From positions 1 to 64,000 of the IMG/VR virus record IMGVR_UViG_3300044641_004147: a stretch of 64,000 bases of DNA; one strand, written 5' to 3'. How positions within the stretch are numbered: the first letter of the stretch is position 1; the number at the start of each line of letters is the position of its first letter. Both the position numbers and the translations under genes were made by a program. The stretch is from a virus. Positions 28,667-38,704 of this stretch are shown here, piece after piece. The notes below the pieces were generated by a model that was given only the letters and a program-made list of their open reading frames with translations, did no database searches and had not been told where the DNA came from.

Positions 28667-31360
28667 ATGAAGCAAACTCGTCTAGTCAGCGGTCGTGTAG
28701 TAGTCAAAAATCCCGGCGAGGTTGCACAGGATAGGTATCAGTTTCTAGACCTATCAAGTTCAGAACCAAATCTAGGAACGGCTAGCAACGGATCGATATT
28801 AACAACAAATACCAGTGGCGAGAGAATCTTTACCACTAATGTTGCCATTGACAATGCTACATTGTCGGGTAACCTAATAGCCAATGCTGTTTATACAGAA
28901 AATTTATTTTACGCAAACGGTGAGCCATATGTGACCGGGGGCGCTGGCCCAACAGTATCTAGCAATATTTTTAATGGCAGAGTAACCGTTACAAATGCTC
29001 AGACACTCATTGACAGTTTTGATTTAACTGGAATTACATCGGTTCGTTGGGTATTAAGTGCCACAGACACAGTCAACGATGCTTATAAGACCAGTACTGT
29101 TGACAGTAGCAATGATACTGTTAATATCTACTACAATGAATTTGGTATTGTATTAAGTAATCCTAATATTGAAGTAGCCAACTATTATGCTGAAATTGAT
29201 GGCAGTACTATTAAGCTGTACGGTACAGGTACTAGTATAAGTGTACCGGTTACATTTCAAAGAACAACACTGGGATCCAGTACAACCTTGGGTAACATTC
29301 AAGCAGTATCGTATATTGCTGGTACGGTGGGCTCAGGTACAGCCACAGTAGTAAATGTTGATAACTTTGTCGGTACAGGATCTGACACAGCATTTACACT
29401 GTCTGTGACTCCCGGCGCCAAGAATCAAACACTGATTGCCATTGGTGGTATTGTACAACCTAAGTCAACTTATACTCTTGCTGGCAATGTAATTACATTT
29501 AGTTCGGCACCTCCAACTGGCGCACCAATCGAAATTCAAACGTTTGTTACAACCACTGTAACAGGATATACTGGTAGCCGTGGAACTGATGGAGTAGTTG
29601 GGTATACTGGCAGCGCAGGGGCATTAACTAATTGGTCTAAAAAGACGACAAATTACACAGCAGTCTCTGGTGATAGAATAATTGCTGACACAACAGGCGG
29701 AACTTTTACTATTAATTTACCTGCCACACCATTGCTAGGTTCCGCAATCAAAGTCACAGATGGCGGAAATTTTAGCCTAACTCCTTTAACAATAGGAGCC
29801 AATGGTAGTACTATTGAATCACAATCCAACGATGTATTAGTTAATATTGGAAAAGTTGACTTAGAATTTATCTATGACGGCTCAACCTGGCAAATTATTT
29901 CTACCATTGGGCCCCGAGGATATACCGGAAGTGCAAGTGGAGGTGCAGGAGTAGGATTTACAGGCAGTGCTGGGGCACAAGGAGCCTCTGGCTTTACAGG
30001 CAGTGCTGGGGCACAAGGAGCCTCTGGCTTTACAGGCAGTGTCGGTACCTTTACTGGAACTACAACCGAAGTAATAAAAACTTCAAATACAACAGTTAGT
30101 ACAAGTACTTCCACAGGTGCTTTAGTTGTTGCTGGGGGTGCAGGTATTGCCGGCGAATTGTACGTTGGCGGAACAACATACGTCAGCGGTAGTATTATAC
30201 CTACTTCAAACAATACAATTAATATTGGTAGTCCTACTGCACGTTTTGGTACAATTTATGTTTCTGCAAATACCATTGATATTGGTGGCGCAACAATTTC
30301 TACAACTCCATCGGGCGACTTAGAATTTGAGACGGCATCGGGTACGATACCAATTACAGCAAACACAGTAAACTTTTTAAATACAGTATCAACTACTTCA
30401 ATTGCACAAGGTGACTTTTCTGCTCTGGCTCCGGTGAGCCCATTAATTAACCAAGTTTTTGTAACCAATAGTTCATATCAAAATCTTGACGACACCGCAG
30501 TTGATGTTGCAGGTGGATATATTAAAATTACAGGATCGGGGTTTGTTGAGAATAGTACAATATTGATTGGCAATACTCCAGCAATATCAACAACATTTAT
30601 AAGCTCAACCGAAATTCGAGCTCAAATTCCTACAATGTCTGCAGGTACTTATGTTATATTTTTAGTCAACGGAAATGGCCAATTGGCCATAAAGTTAGCA
30701 GGCATTACATATAGTGGATTTCCAACTTGGGTCACTGGAAGTACATTGACCAGTAGAACATCTGGAACAGCGTTTAGTCAACAACTGTCTGCCACCGGGG
30801 CAACTCAGTATTCGTTAGCCGCTGGATCTGTTTTACCAACTGGATTAACATTGTCTAGTAGCGGTTTGTTGTCTGGTAATATCACTGTTGCATCTAATAC
30901 AAACTTTACCTTTACAGTCAATGCAGATGATGCAGAAAATCAAACCAGTCCACGTACATTTAGTTTGCTAGTAAATGTAGAAGTATTGTTGCAGTATCTG
31001 GTAACATGGAGTAACAATGGTGTTGGGGAAATGGCATGGGACTATGGTAGAACACCAGGCGGACTTATTTTCAACACCATTGATAGAAACGGTGTTAGTA
31101 TGAACACAGCCCGCTGGCCAACTGCACCAGGATCTGTCAGAATAACCTTTATTGGAACTAGTACCAATATAAACGGAACATACAATTTCTCGAGTGTAAT
31201 TTTACCTGGTCAAAGTGGCGGTTTTGCTGGAGTTACAAATAATGCTTATCAGGTATTAAGATCTTCGGTATCAGGGGGCTGGACTAATGTCTCTGATCCG
31301 TTTATGGCGGCATTAAACGGCGAAACAGTAATTGCTACTGTGTACTTGCTACCAAACTGA
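28667..31360 (+). CDS. Modular fibre/decoration protein with GFTGS repeats, IPT/TIG and putative Ig domains
   Basis: YTAVSGDRIIADT.GG.FT..LP (gp34-like repeat), ITGSGF..STILIG, LPTGLTLSSSGLLSG. Confidence 0.8.
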   Translation: MKQTRLVSGRVVVKNPGEVAQDRYQFLDLSSSEPNLGTASNGSILTTNTSGERIFTTNVAIDNATLSGNLIANAVYTENLFYANGEPYVTGGAGPTVSSNIFNGRVTVTNAQTLIDSFDLTGITSVRWVLSATDTVNDAYKTSTVDSSNDTVNIYYNEFGIVLSNPNIEVANYYAEIDGSTIKLYGTGTSISVPVTFQRTTLGSSTTLGNIQAVSYIAGTVGSGTATVVNVDNFVGTGSDTAFTLSVTPGAKNQTLIAIGGIVQPKSTYTLAGNVITFSSAPPTGAPIEIQTFVTTTVTGYTGSRGTDGVVGYTGSAGALTNWSKKTTNYTAVSGDRIIADTTGGTFTINLPATPLLGSAIKVTDGGNFSLTPLTIGANGSTIESQSNDVLVNIGKVDLEFIYDGSTWQIISTIGPRGYTGSASGGAGVGFTGSAGAQGASGFTGSAGAQGASGFTGSVGTFTGTTTEVIKTSNTTVSTSTSTGALVVAGGAGIAGELYVGGTTYVSGSIIPTSNNTINIGSPTARFGTIYVSANTIDIGGATISTTPSGDLEFETASGTIPITANTVNFLNTVSTTSIAQGDFSALAPVSPLINQVFVTNSSYQNLDDTAVDVAGGYIKITGSGFVENSTILIGNTPAISTTFISSTEIRAQIPTMSAGTYVIFLVNGNGQLAIKLAGITYSGFPTWVTGSTLTSRTSGTAFSQQLSATGATQYSLAAGSVLPTGLTLSSSGLLSGNITVASNTNFTFTVNADDAENQTSPRTFSLLVNVEVLLQYLVTWSNNGVGEMAWDYGRTPGGLIFNTIDRNGVSMNTARWPTAPGSVRITFIGTSTNINGTYNFSSVILPGQSGGFAGVTNNAYQVLRSSVSGGWTNVSDPFMAALNGETVIATVYLLPN
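29957..30041 (+). repeat. Exact 36-bp tandem repeat (2 full copies plus a partial) encoding FTGSAGAQGASG
   Basis: Unit TTTACAGGCAGTGCTGGGGCACAAGGAGCCTCTGGC at 29957 and 29993. Confidence 0.9.
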
Positions 31361-31458
31361 CCTTTGTAGTATTCTGCAATTTGCGGACACCACGACTGCA
31401 ATTTTTTGGCTAAATACTATATAAGCCGCGAATATTTCGGCGAAAATACAAGTACAAT

Positions 31459-33342
31459 ATGCCTACAGTAAATCTTACTACTCTTTTAGCAAGCGGCGAT
31501 TTTCTCGGATACACTGGCAGTGCCGGTGCCACCCCTGCAGGGTATTATGGCAGCACTGGCGGCGCCAGTATTGCGCCCAATCTTTATGTTGCAGGAACAT
31601 TAACAGTTAATAGTTCAATTGTACCCACAGGCAACGGAACAGTCAATCTAGGAAGCCCTTTAAACAGATTTGGCACACTATATATTTCCGCAAATACTAT
31701 CGACATAGGCGGATCACAAATTACCACAACCGGAACTGGCGACATTTCTTTTTCGACAGCATCCGGTAATGTTGCATTAAACGCAAACACAGTTAGTTTC
31801 TTGAGTGGTGTTAGTGAAACTGGTGGCGCAATAGGTTTCACCGGAAGTCGCGGAGATTTAGGTTTTACTGGCAGTATAGGCTTCACGGGCAGTATTGGCA
31901 TTGGTTTTACTGGTAGTCAGGGTATACCTGGCGCAGCCGCAGACAAAGGCTTTACGGGCAGTCAGGGCAACTTGGGTTATACAGGTAGTATTGGCCCGAC
32001 AGGCTCGCAAGGTATTCCTGGAACAGCCGCAGCAGTTGGCTTCACTGGTAGCGCAGGAGTAGGATTTACCGGCAGTACTGGTTTTACTGGTAGTCAGGGT
32101 ATTTCGGGCGCAGCCGCAGACAAAGGATTTACGGGCAGTCAGGGCAGTATTGGATTTGCTGGAAGCCAAGGTATACAAGGTGTAATTGGATTTACGGGTA
32201 GTCGCGGTGCATTTGATGCCATTGGTTTCACAGGTAGTCGGGGCGATACAGGTTTTATAGGTAGTCACGGCAATGCTGGGTTTGTAGGCAGCACTGGTTT
32301 CACTGGTAGCACCGGGGTAGGATACACGGGAAGCGCAGGTGGCGAATTGTTTACCACAGGTAATACCGCACCAGTGTCTCCAAAGGTTGGAGATTGGTGG
32401 TATTACACTAACGGCAATACGTTGTTGAGATATATGAATGTCGGTGCCGGTACATTTTGGATTGACATAACCGGTTCAACTCATAATTTCGGTCTAAGTG
32501 CAAACACCCAATTGGCAATTATACAATCATCAATGGTGGCACCATTGATGGAATATCTTGTGGTTGCTGGTGGTGGCGGAACTGACGGAGGCACACATGG
32601 CGGTGGTGGCGGTGCTGGCGGACTACTACAAGGATCAGTATCAATTGGAATAAATTACACTTACACTATTGTTGTTGGCGCCGGCGGAGTTAATCAATCC
32701 AATGGATCTAATAGCAGTATTTCTAGCATCAACTTTGAGAACTTGATTGCAATTGGCGGAGGCTTTGGCGCCGGTCCGTCGAGTACAAGTGCAGGTGGCA
32801 GTGGTGGTAGTGGCGGTGGAGCAACAATGTATTTTGCTAGCTCGTTTGGTACCGGAACAGCAGGTCAAGGTAACAACGGTGGCGCAAATGGTGATTATAA
32901 TAATATTACCACTGGTCGTGCTGGCGGTGGTGGTGGAGCCGGCGGCGCAGGATATGCAGGAAACGAAGCAACTACATCATTACGCGGCCAGGGCGGAATT
33001 GGCGTAGAATCGTCTATATCAGGCGTATCTACCTATTATGCCGGTGGTGGTGGCGGCGCAAGTTGGCAAGGTGCAACAACAGGATTTGCAGCCGGGGGCC
33101 TAGGTGGTGGCGGAGCCGGTGGAAGACAAAATAATGCCTTTAGTCCAACAAATGGTAGCGAAAATACTGGCGGAGGCGCAGGTGCAGAATTTGGTATTGG
33201 AAGATCTGGAGGATCTGGTATTGTTATTATACGATACCCCGATACTTACCTTATAGCCACTACTACTGGCAGTCCGACTATTACAGTGTCTGGTGGATAT
33301 AGAATATACAAATTTACCAGTTCCGGAACCATAACATTTTAA
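31459..33342 (+). CDS. Collagen-like (GFTGS) fibre with C-terminal glycine-rich domain
   Basis: Long Gly-X-Y run; EYLVVAGGG...GGSGIVIIRY...YKFTSSGTITF; preceded by TAAATA at 31411. Confidence 0.8.
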   Translation: MPTVNLTTLLASGDFLGYTGSAGATPAGYYGSTGGASIAPNLYVAGTLTVNSSIVPTGNGTVNLGSPLNRFGTLYISANTIDIGGSQITTTGTGDISFSTASGNVALNANTVSFLSGVSETGGAIGFTGSRGDLGFTGSIGFTGSIGIGFTGSQGIPGAAADKGFTGSQGNLGYTGSIGPTGSQGIPGTAAAVGFTGSAGVGFTGSTGFTGSQGISGAAADKGFTGSQGSIGFAGSQGIQGVIGFTGSRGAFDAIGFTGSRGDTGFIGSHGNAGFVGSTGFTGSTGVGYTGSAGGELFTTGNTAPVSPKVGDWWYYTNGNTLLRYMNVGAGTFWIDITGSTHNFGLSANTQLAIIQSSMVAPLMEYLVVAGGGGTDGGTHGGGGGAGGLLQGSVSIGINYTYTIVVGAGGVNQSNGSNSSISSINFENLIAIGGGFGAGPSSTSAGGSGGSGGGATMYFASSFGTGTAGQGNNGGANGDYNNITTGRAGGGGGAGGAGYAGNEATTSLRGQGGIGVESSISGVSTYYAGGGGGASWQGATTGFAAGGLGGGGAGGRQNNAFSPTNGSENTGGGAGAEFGIGRSGGSGIVIIRYPDTYLIATTTGSPTITVSGGYRIYKFTSSGTITF

Positions 33343-33354
33343 GAAAAAAATATC

Positions 33355-33948
33355 ATGACATTTGTTGCTACGCCAATTGATAATCAACTTGTTACTGTTA
33401 ACGGTATTGTTTATCGTTATAATTCTTCTCTGAATGCTTGGTTTAAGTATCAAATAACTTCGGCAAATGTTATCGTCACAGACACTGCTAATATTGTCTC
33501 TAATACATCAAGTACCAGTACCACAACCGGAGCATTGACAGTTGCCGGCGGTATTGGGGTACAGGGCAATATATTTGCTGGTGCAGTATATACCAATAGT
33601 TATTTTTATGCCAACGGGTCTGTATTAAGTAGAGATGTTGGTTATACTGGCAGTGCTGGAGCGGGCTTTACTGGCAGCAGTGGTTATACCGGATCAATTG
33701 GCTATACAGGCAGCAGCGGCACAAATGGCTTTACTGGTAGTGCAGGAGCGGGCTTTACTGGCAGCGTAGGAGTAGGCTTTACCGGCAGTCAAGGTATAAT
33801 TGGTTATACCGGTAGTGCAAGCAGCGGTGGCGGTGCAACATTCTTGACAGTGGGCACAAGAACTACAGCAATAAATGTTGGTGTAGCCACAAGCAGTTCA
33901 TTGAATGTTGTGGGCCGCGCTGGAAACGTAGCAGTAAACTTTACATAA
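33355..33948 (+). CDS. Short collagen-like fibre protein
   Basis: F...P...Q....NG..Y.Y.....W N-module, STTTGAL.V.GG module, G[FY]TGS repeats. Confidence 0.75.
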   Translation: MTFVATPIDNQLVTVNGIVYRYNSSLNAWFKYQITSANVIVTDTANIVSNTSSTSTTTGALTVAGGIGVQGNIFAGAVYTNSYFYANGSVLSRDVGYTGSAGAGFTGSSGYTGSIGYTGSSGTNGFTGSAGAGFTGSVGVGFTGSQGIIGYTGSASSGGGATFLTVGTRTTAINVGVATSSSLNVVGRAGNVAVNFT

Positions 33949-33967
33949 ATATTAAAACGAGCATAAT

Positions 33968-34231
33968 ATGGCTAATAGAATACCTTTAATAGTTAACCCC
34001 AGTTCTAATCAAATTCAGGAACTGCCTGCTATTGACAACTTAGATCTTGCAAACAGTAGCATTGTTGGCATCGACAATCTATCTGCAACTACCGCTACTA
34101 TATCAGGAAATTTAGTAGTCACTGGAACCATTGTAGGCAATGTTGCCGGCATAGTCAGTGGAGGCAGTGGCAGTGGCAGCAGTGGTGTTAGTTCAAATGC
34201 TCGAATAATGGCAATAATTTTTGGAAGATAA
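33968..34231 (+). CDS. Small virion protein
   Basis: MANRIPLIVN...QIQELP..DNLDL start, IMAIIFG end; preceded by TAAATA at 33946. Confidence 0.7.
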   Translation: MANRIPLIVNPSSNQIQELPAIDNLDLANSSIVGIDNLSATTATISGNLVVTGTIVGNVAGIVSGGSGSGSSGVSSNARIMAIIFGR

Positions 34232-34234
34232 AAC

Positions 34235-34591
34235 ATGGCTAATCCTAATATTTCTAATGTTAACAGTATAATAGGCGATACAGCCTATTTGAATGCCGGG
34301 ACTAGTCCTGGCACAGTAGTCTCCGGCGAAGCAGACAAAGTTAAAAAAATTGGAGCCATTGTTGCAGCCAATTATGCTAACACTGATCAAACAGTTACAG
34401 TATTTGTACTGCGTTCAGCTACCAGTTTCTTTATCGCTAATCAAATCACAGTACCGGCAAAAGCCACAGTGTTGTTGCTAGGCAGGGAACACAGTTTCTA
34501 TCTATTAGAAGCTGACGCACTAAGAGCACAGGCCAGTGCATCGGCATCTATTACAGTCACCATAAGTTACGAAACATTATCAATAGTTTGA
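34235..34591 (+). CDS. Small beta-sandwich virion protein (MANPN family)
   Basis: Paralogue of 20072: FYLLEADALRA..S....ISYE. Confidence 0.75.
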   Translation: MANPNISNVNSIIGDTAYLNAGTSPGTVVSGEADKVKKIGAIVAANYANTDQTVTVFVLRSATSFFIANQITVPAKATVLLLGREHSFYLLEADALRAQASASASITVTISYETLSIV

Positions 34592-34602
34592 TTTAGTCTA
34601 AT

Positions 34603-37600
34603 ATGAGCAAAAGAAAATTAATTGGCAAATCAAGGTTACTTAATCCCTATGACAAAAGTGGTGTTTACACCACGGATGAAATAACCAACATTGAATTAGA
34701 AAATAAAAATCTATTACTAACAGGCGTAAAGCATCGCCGTCACGATGTCTACACTGAATTTACTGGTAATGTTGATCCTTACTACAATCATGTGGTCTGT
34801 CATATTCCAGGTGCAACCTACGACACCCATGTGCTTAAAGATCAGTCCGGTAACAACTTTGATGAATTTTTATACGCCAACGACTATAGAATTGAAGCAG
34901 GCATCAATGAGTCGGGTCCAAAAGAATATCACTCGATATATTTTTGGGATCAGGCATATCATGTAACAGATGCAGCCAGTTTGCGATTAGGAACAAATAA
35001 TTTTACCATTGAATTCTGGATGAAAACTGGACGAGCATTTGGCGCAGAATCGTACATCATGGGCAAAGGTTCCGGTGGCGGCCGCGCCAGTGGTGGCACC
35101 GGATGGGTAATCTATCTCACCTCAGGAAACCTAATAGGATTTTACGACGGCTTAGGAAATACTTCAACACAGAGCACCACAGCAATTACGCACGATACTT
35201 GGACGCACATTGCTATAGTGAGATCTGCTGGTGCAGTGACCATTTATCAAAATGGTGTTAGTGTGGGCACTGGCACTAGTTCGGGTAATTTTACAGATAC
35301 TGCAACCATGGTCATTGGCAGAGACAGAGACACTGGTGCTAATTATTATGGTGGGTACTTGTTTGATCTTCGTATTCGTACATCTGTAGTATATTCGGCT
35401 AATTTCACACCGCCCACAGATCTACTGGATATGAGCAATTCTATTCTTAGTATATCTGGTTCAGAACCATATCACCCTTATCACACAGGCATTCAACGAG
35501 AAGGTCGTACTGTCACTAACTGGGGCGGCTATAACAGCGTTAGAAAATATCCAGATCATCCGTTCATTGTTAAGTTTCCTAGACCCACTGGCAGCGGTAT
35601 GAGCTGTTCTGTTCGGGCAAACGACCGAGGGTACCAAATTGCAGACAGTAAACCTGGGCGAAGTTTACAATTTGGTACAGGAGCATTTACTATAGAGTGC
35701 TGGGTTTTCGTATCATATGCTGGAAGAGCCTCTCAATTTGGTATAGCAGGCAAAGGCACAGGTGATGCAGCCGCTGCTGGAGCCACTGGCTGGAGTTTTA
35801 TCTGTAACGGAAGTCAACTTCAATGGAGTGATGGCACCAGTGCTTTGGTAACTGGCACCAACGCAGTTTTAGGCGGCAGTGCTTGGAACCATGTGGCAGC
35901 AGTAAGAGAAGGCACCGGTACAAATCAGTTTAAGATGTATGTCAATGGTCAATTGGCCTATACTGGAACGCTGGCCTCTAACTATAATCAAACTAGTCCG
36001 CTAGTACTCTGTGCTAGTAGAAACCATCAATATCAACCGCAAGGTGTCAGATTCTTTGGGATGAAAATTAGTAATGTTGCCAGATACACTGCACCATTTA
36101 CTATTACACGATCTACTTTTTACGACACAGTGGCCACTAACGATGCTAACACCTTGCTTTATATGTTTGATACCAAAGACAAACGAGCAAGACCATTTAA
36201 GGCACAGTATATCAGCGACGGCTACGAACCGCTGTCGGCTAGAGCCAGAGGCACCACAGGGCAGCATAGACTAGGAAGCCGAGGATTGTACACTGGCAAT
36301 CACAGTGTTTCAAATATAGCTGGTGGCGCCAGTAGTACATTGTTTACATCCACTACGCAAGGAAGTTATAGCTTTGGCACCAGCGATTTCTCTATAGAAT
36401 TTTGGATATGTAATCAGTACGAATGGGAGCCTATTATGAATGCTGCTCCTAGATTTTTATTTGACTGTCGAGCTAACTTCAACGATGGTACTGGATTTGC
36501 AATGAGATATAATTTCAGAGCATTGCAGATTATAACCGGAGGTATGGTTATATTAGCTGACTCATCGGCCTATTTTCCACAGCGAGCATGGTCTCATATT
36601 TGTTTGCAAAGAACTGCGGGACAATTGGCATTGTATGTCAATGGAGAAAAAAGAGCAGAAACATTTTATGCCGGCACCATGGCAGCGGCCAGCAATAAAA
36701 TGTATTTTATGAACGGTGCCTTTAATGTACGCAACGATCAGCGTTGGTACGGATGGATGTCTGACATCAGAATTTTAAATGGCTCCGGAGCTTACAGTGT
36801 CGGAACTTCAAATCCGGAGCGTATTCGTGTTCCCACTCAGCCGCTAACGGCTATTACAAATACAGTTCTGTTAACAGCAGGACAACCAACACTGAGAGAT
36901 TATTCCAGTGTTGATAATCTTGTTTGGGCAGGTAATAGACCAGATGCAACTCATACTAGTTCTTGGGATGTTTATATCAGCGGGTTTGGACCTTATACCA
37001 GTCAAGATAAATCCTTAGGAATGACCACTGATTTTTGGGACGGTAGTTATTCTGGTGGTCACTCAGAGCCGGACTATAACACTGGCAATGACGCAATGAT
37101 AGAGATGACTTGGATGACTAGGTTAGCCAAACCTTGGACTTTAGAAACATGGTTCTATCAACCTCAAACCGATCCTAATGCCATTGCAACAGTACCGACT
37201 GCGGTATACACTGCAACGTCCAACAATGAAAACGGTTGGCAACTTATAACAAACTATGCTGCCGGAGCTAACAGCTACAATGATGTGTCATTTGTTTGGC
37301 GCTCACCGAGACTGGCCGCCGGAGCCAATGAGTTTTTGAACACTACTACCGGTAATGGAAATATACGTCCACACAGTTGGAACCATGTAGCAGTGGTCTA
37401 TGATCCTAGCAAAACTACTAAAGCTGCACTTTTTGTTAATGGAAAAAGAGTAGCCACACGGGCATCGTTTACACAAAGTTATTCATTGGCCTATACCTAT
37501 AGAATACAACACAGTGGATATCACGGCGCTGGTGATGTTAAAATAAGTGACATTGCCAGGTATGATGTTGATCAAACTACATATACCGTTCCGACTGTGG

Positions 37601-38409
37601 CGTCATGGACTAGAGATGCTAATACAGCGTATCTTCTACGCATAGACAATGGTCTATTAGACAGGTCGCAAAATATGACTTATATGCTCGATGGTCTAAT
37701 TAGACCCAGTTATCAGTACTCCAAGTGGGGTTCTGGTAGTATGGGCATGAATAATTTAAACAGCACTGCAAATTACGACAGAATTTATATGAACCCAACC
37801 GCTGGTGGTTGGGCCGAAAGAGTCTGGGACTACCGTTACGGAGACTATACTGTTGAAGGGTGGGCTCAGTGGAAAGATGCCACAGCCGGCGGAAAAGCTA
37901 CGCCTACTAGTGCCCCTGGAGCCTGCATGTACCATCAAGGTAATTATATATGGGTAGGTATTAATGCCAGCGGTAACTGGACTTTGCTGCACAGGGCCGG
38001 AGCAACTACTAACTTTACACCCACAATTATTAACTCAGTTGCAGTGGCCACTTCAACTGCTGGAACTTGGAATCACTGGGCCCTGGTGCGTAAGGATGGA
38101 GATTATCATTTATATGTTGATGGGCTGTTAGTAGCCAGGCATCTAGATGGAAACCATGGAACTTACACCAGCAATGGCCCTACATCGGATGCTCAAAGCA
38201 GTCATAATGATTTTTACAATGTCAATGATGCTCGTGTAGGCTACGAGTATAACGAGACTACCGGAACTTGGTGGTGTGGGCACTTAGAAGATTTTAGAAT
38301 GACTGCATTAGCAAGATATAGTCCGGGAGTAGTCAATGGAATATGGGCTATGTGTCATAATGGCACCAATATTTCAGCACTGCCAACTGGACCATTTCCT
38401 ATTAGGTAA
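34603..38409 (+). CDS. Multi-LamG/concanavalin-A-like lectin adhesin (about 5 domains)
   Basis: Repeated [FW]T[IVL]E.W ... W.H.A.V ... [YF]VNG ... [DE].RI motifs. Confidence 0.85.
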   Translation: MSKRKLIGKSRLLNPYDKSGVYTTDEITNIELENKNLLLTGVKHRRHDVYTEFTGNVDPYYNHVVCHIPGATYDTHVLKDQSGNNFDEFLYANDYRIEAGINESGPKEYHSIYFWDQAYHVTDAASLRLGTNNFTIEFWMKTGRAFGAESYIMGKGSGGGRASGGTGWVIYLTSGNLIGFYDGLGNTSTQSTTAITHDTWTHIAIVRSAGAVTIYQNGVSVGTGTSSGNFTDTATMVIGRDRDTGANYYGGYLFDLRIRTSVVYSANFTPPTDLLDMSNSILSISGSEPYHPYHTGIQREGRTVTNWGGYNSVRKYPDHPFIVKFPRPTGSGMSCSVRANDRGYQIADSKPGRSLQFGTGAFTIECWVFVSYAGRASQFGIAGKGTGDAAAAGATGWSFICNGSQLQWSDGTSALVTGTNAVLGGSAWNHVAAVREGTGTNQFKMYVNGQLAYTGTLASNYNQTSPLVLCASRNHQYQPQGVRFFGMKISNVARYTAPFTITRSTFYDTVATNDANTLLYMFDTKDKRARPFKAQYISDGYEPLSARARGTTGQHRLGSRGLYTGNHSVSNIAGGASSTLFTSTTQGSYSFGTSDFSIEFWICNQYEWEPIMNAAPRFLFDCRANFNDGTGFAMRYNFRALQIITGGMVILADSSAYFPQRAWSHICLQRTAGQLALYVNGEKRAETFYAGTMAAASNKMYFMNGAFNVRNDQRWYGWMSDIRILNGSGAYSVGTSNPERIRVPTQPLTAITNTVLLTAGQPTLRDYSSVDNLVWAGNRPDATHTSSWDVYISGFGPYTSQDKSLGMTTDFWDGSYSGGHSEPDYNTGNDAMIEMTWMTRLAKPWTLETWFYQPQTDPNAIATVPTAVYTATSNNENGWQLITNYAAGANSYNDVSFVWRSPRLAAGANEFLNTTTGNGNIRPHSWNHVAVVYDPSKTTKAALFVNGKRVATRASFTQSYSLAYTYRIQHSGYHGAGDVKISDIARYDVDQTTYTVPTVASWTRDANTAYLLRIDNGLLDRSQNMTYMLDGLIRPSYQYSKWGSGSMGMNNLNSTANYDRIYMNPTAGGWAERVWDYRYGDYTVEGWAQWKDATAGGKATPTSAPGACMYHQGNYIWVGINASGNWTLLHRAGATTNFTPTIINSVAVATSTAGTWNHWALVRKDGDYHLYVDGLLVARHLDGNHGTYTSNGPTSDAQSSHNDFYNVNDARVGYEYNETTGTWWCGHLEDFRMTALARYSPGVVNGIWAMCHNGTNISALPTGPFPIR

Positions 38410-38412
38410 CTT

Positions 38413-38643
38413 ATGCTAGATTTTCCCATTGAACCCAAAGACCTTGATGTGCATATATTTGAAACACAAAATTTTGTGTTCCATAGTAATGCCAATGCTT
38501 GGTGGCCTGAAGGCATAACTGAAGCTGTAAACACTGCAATTGATAGGAATTATGTTAATTACTATCTTTCTTCGGGCATATATGTGACCTTAGATAAAGC
38601 AGTTTTAGCAAATTATCAAGCACCACTACACCCTAGTAGTTAA
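38413..38643 (+). CDS. Small hypothetical protein carrying the FP..P N-terminal module
   Basis: N-terminus resembles those of the 33355, 58733 and 60122 proteins. Confidence 0.55.
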   Translation: MLDFPIEPKDLDVHIFETQNFVFHSNANAWWPEGITEAVNTAIDRNYVNYYLSSGIYVTLDKAVLANYQAPLHPSS

Positions 38644-38704
38644 CAACCCGTTACCAAAATCTCTCTGGGCTAAATACACTAACGCCTAAGGGAGATATGG
38701 AACT

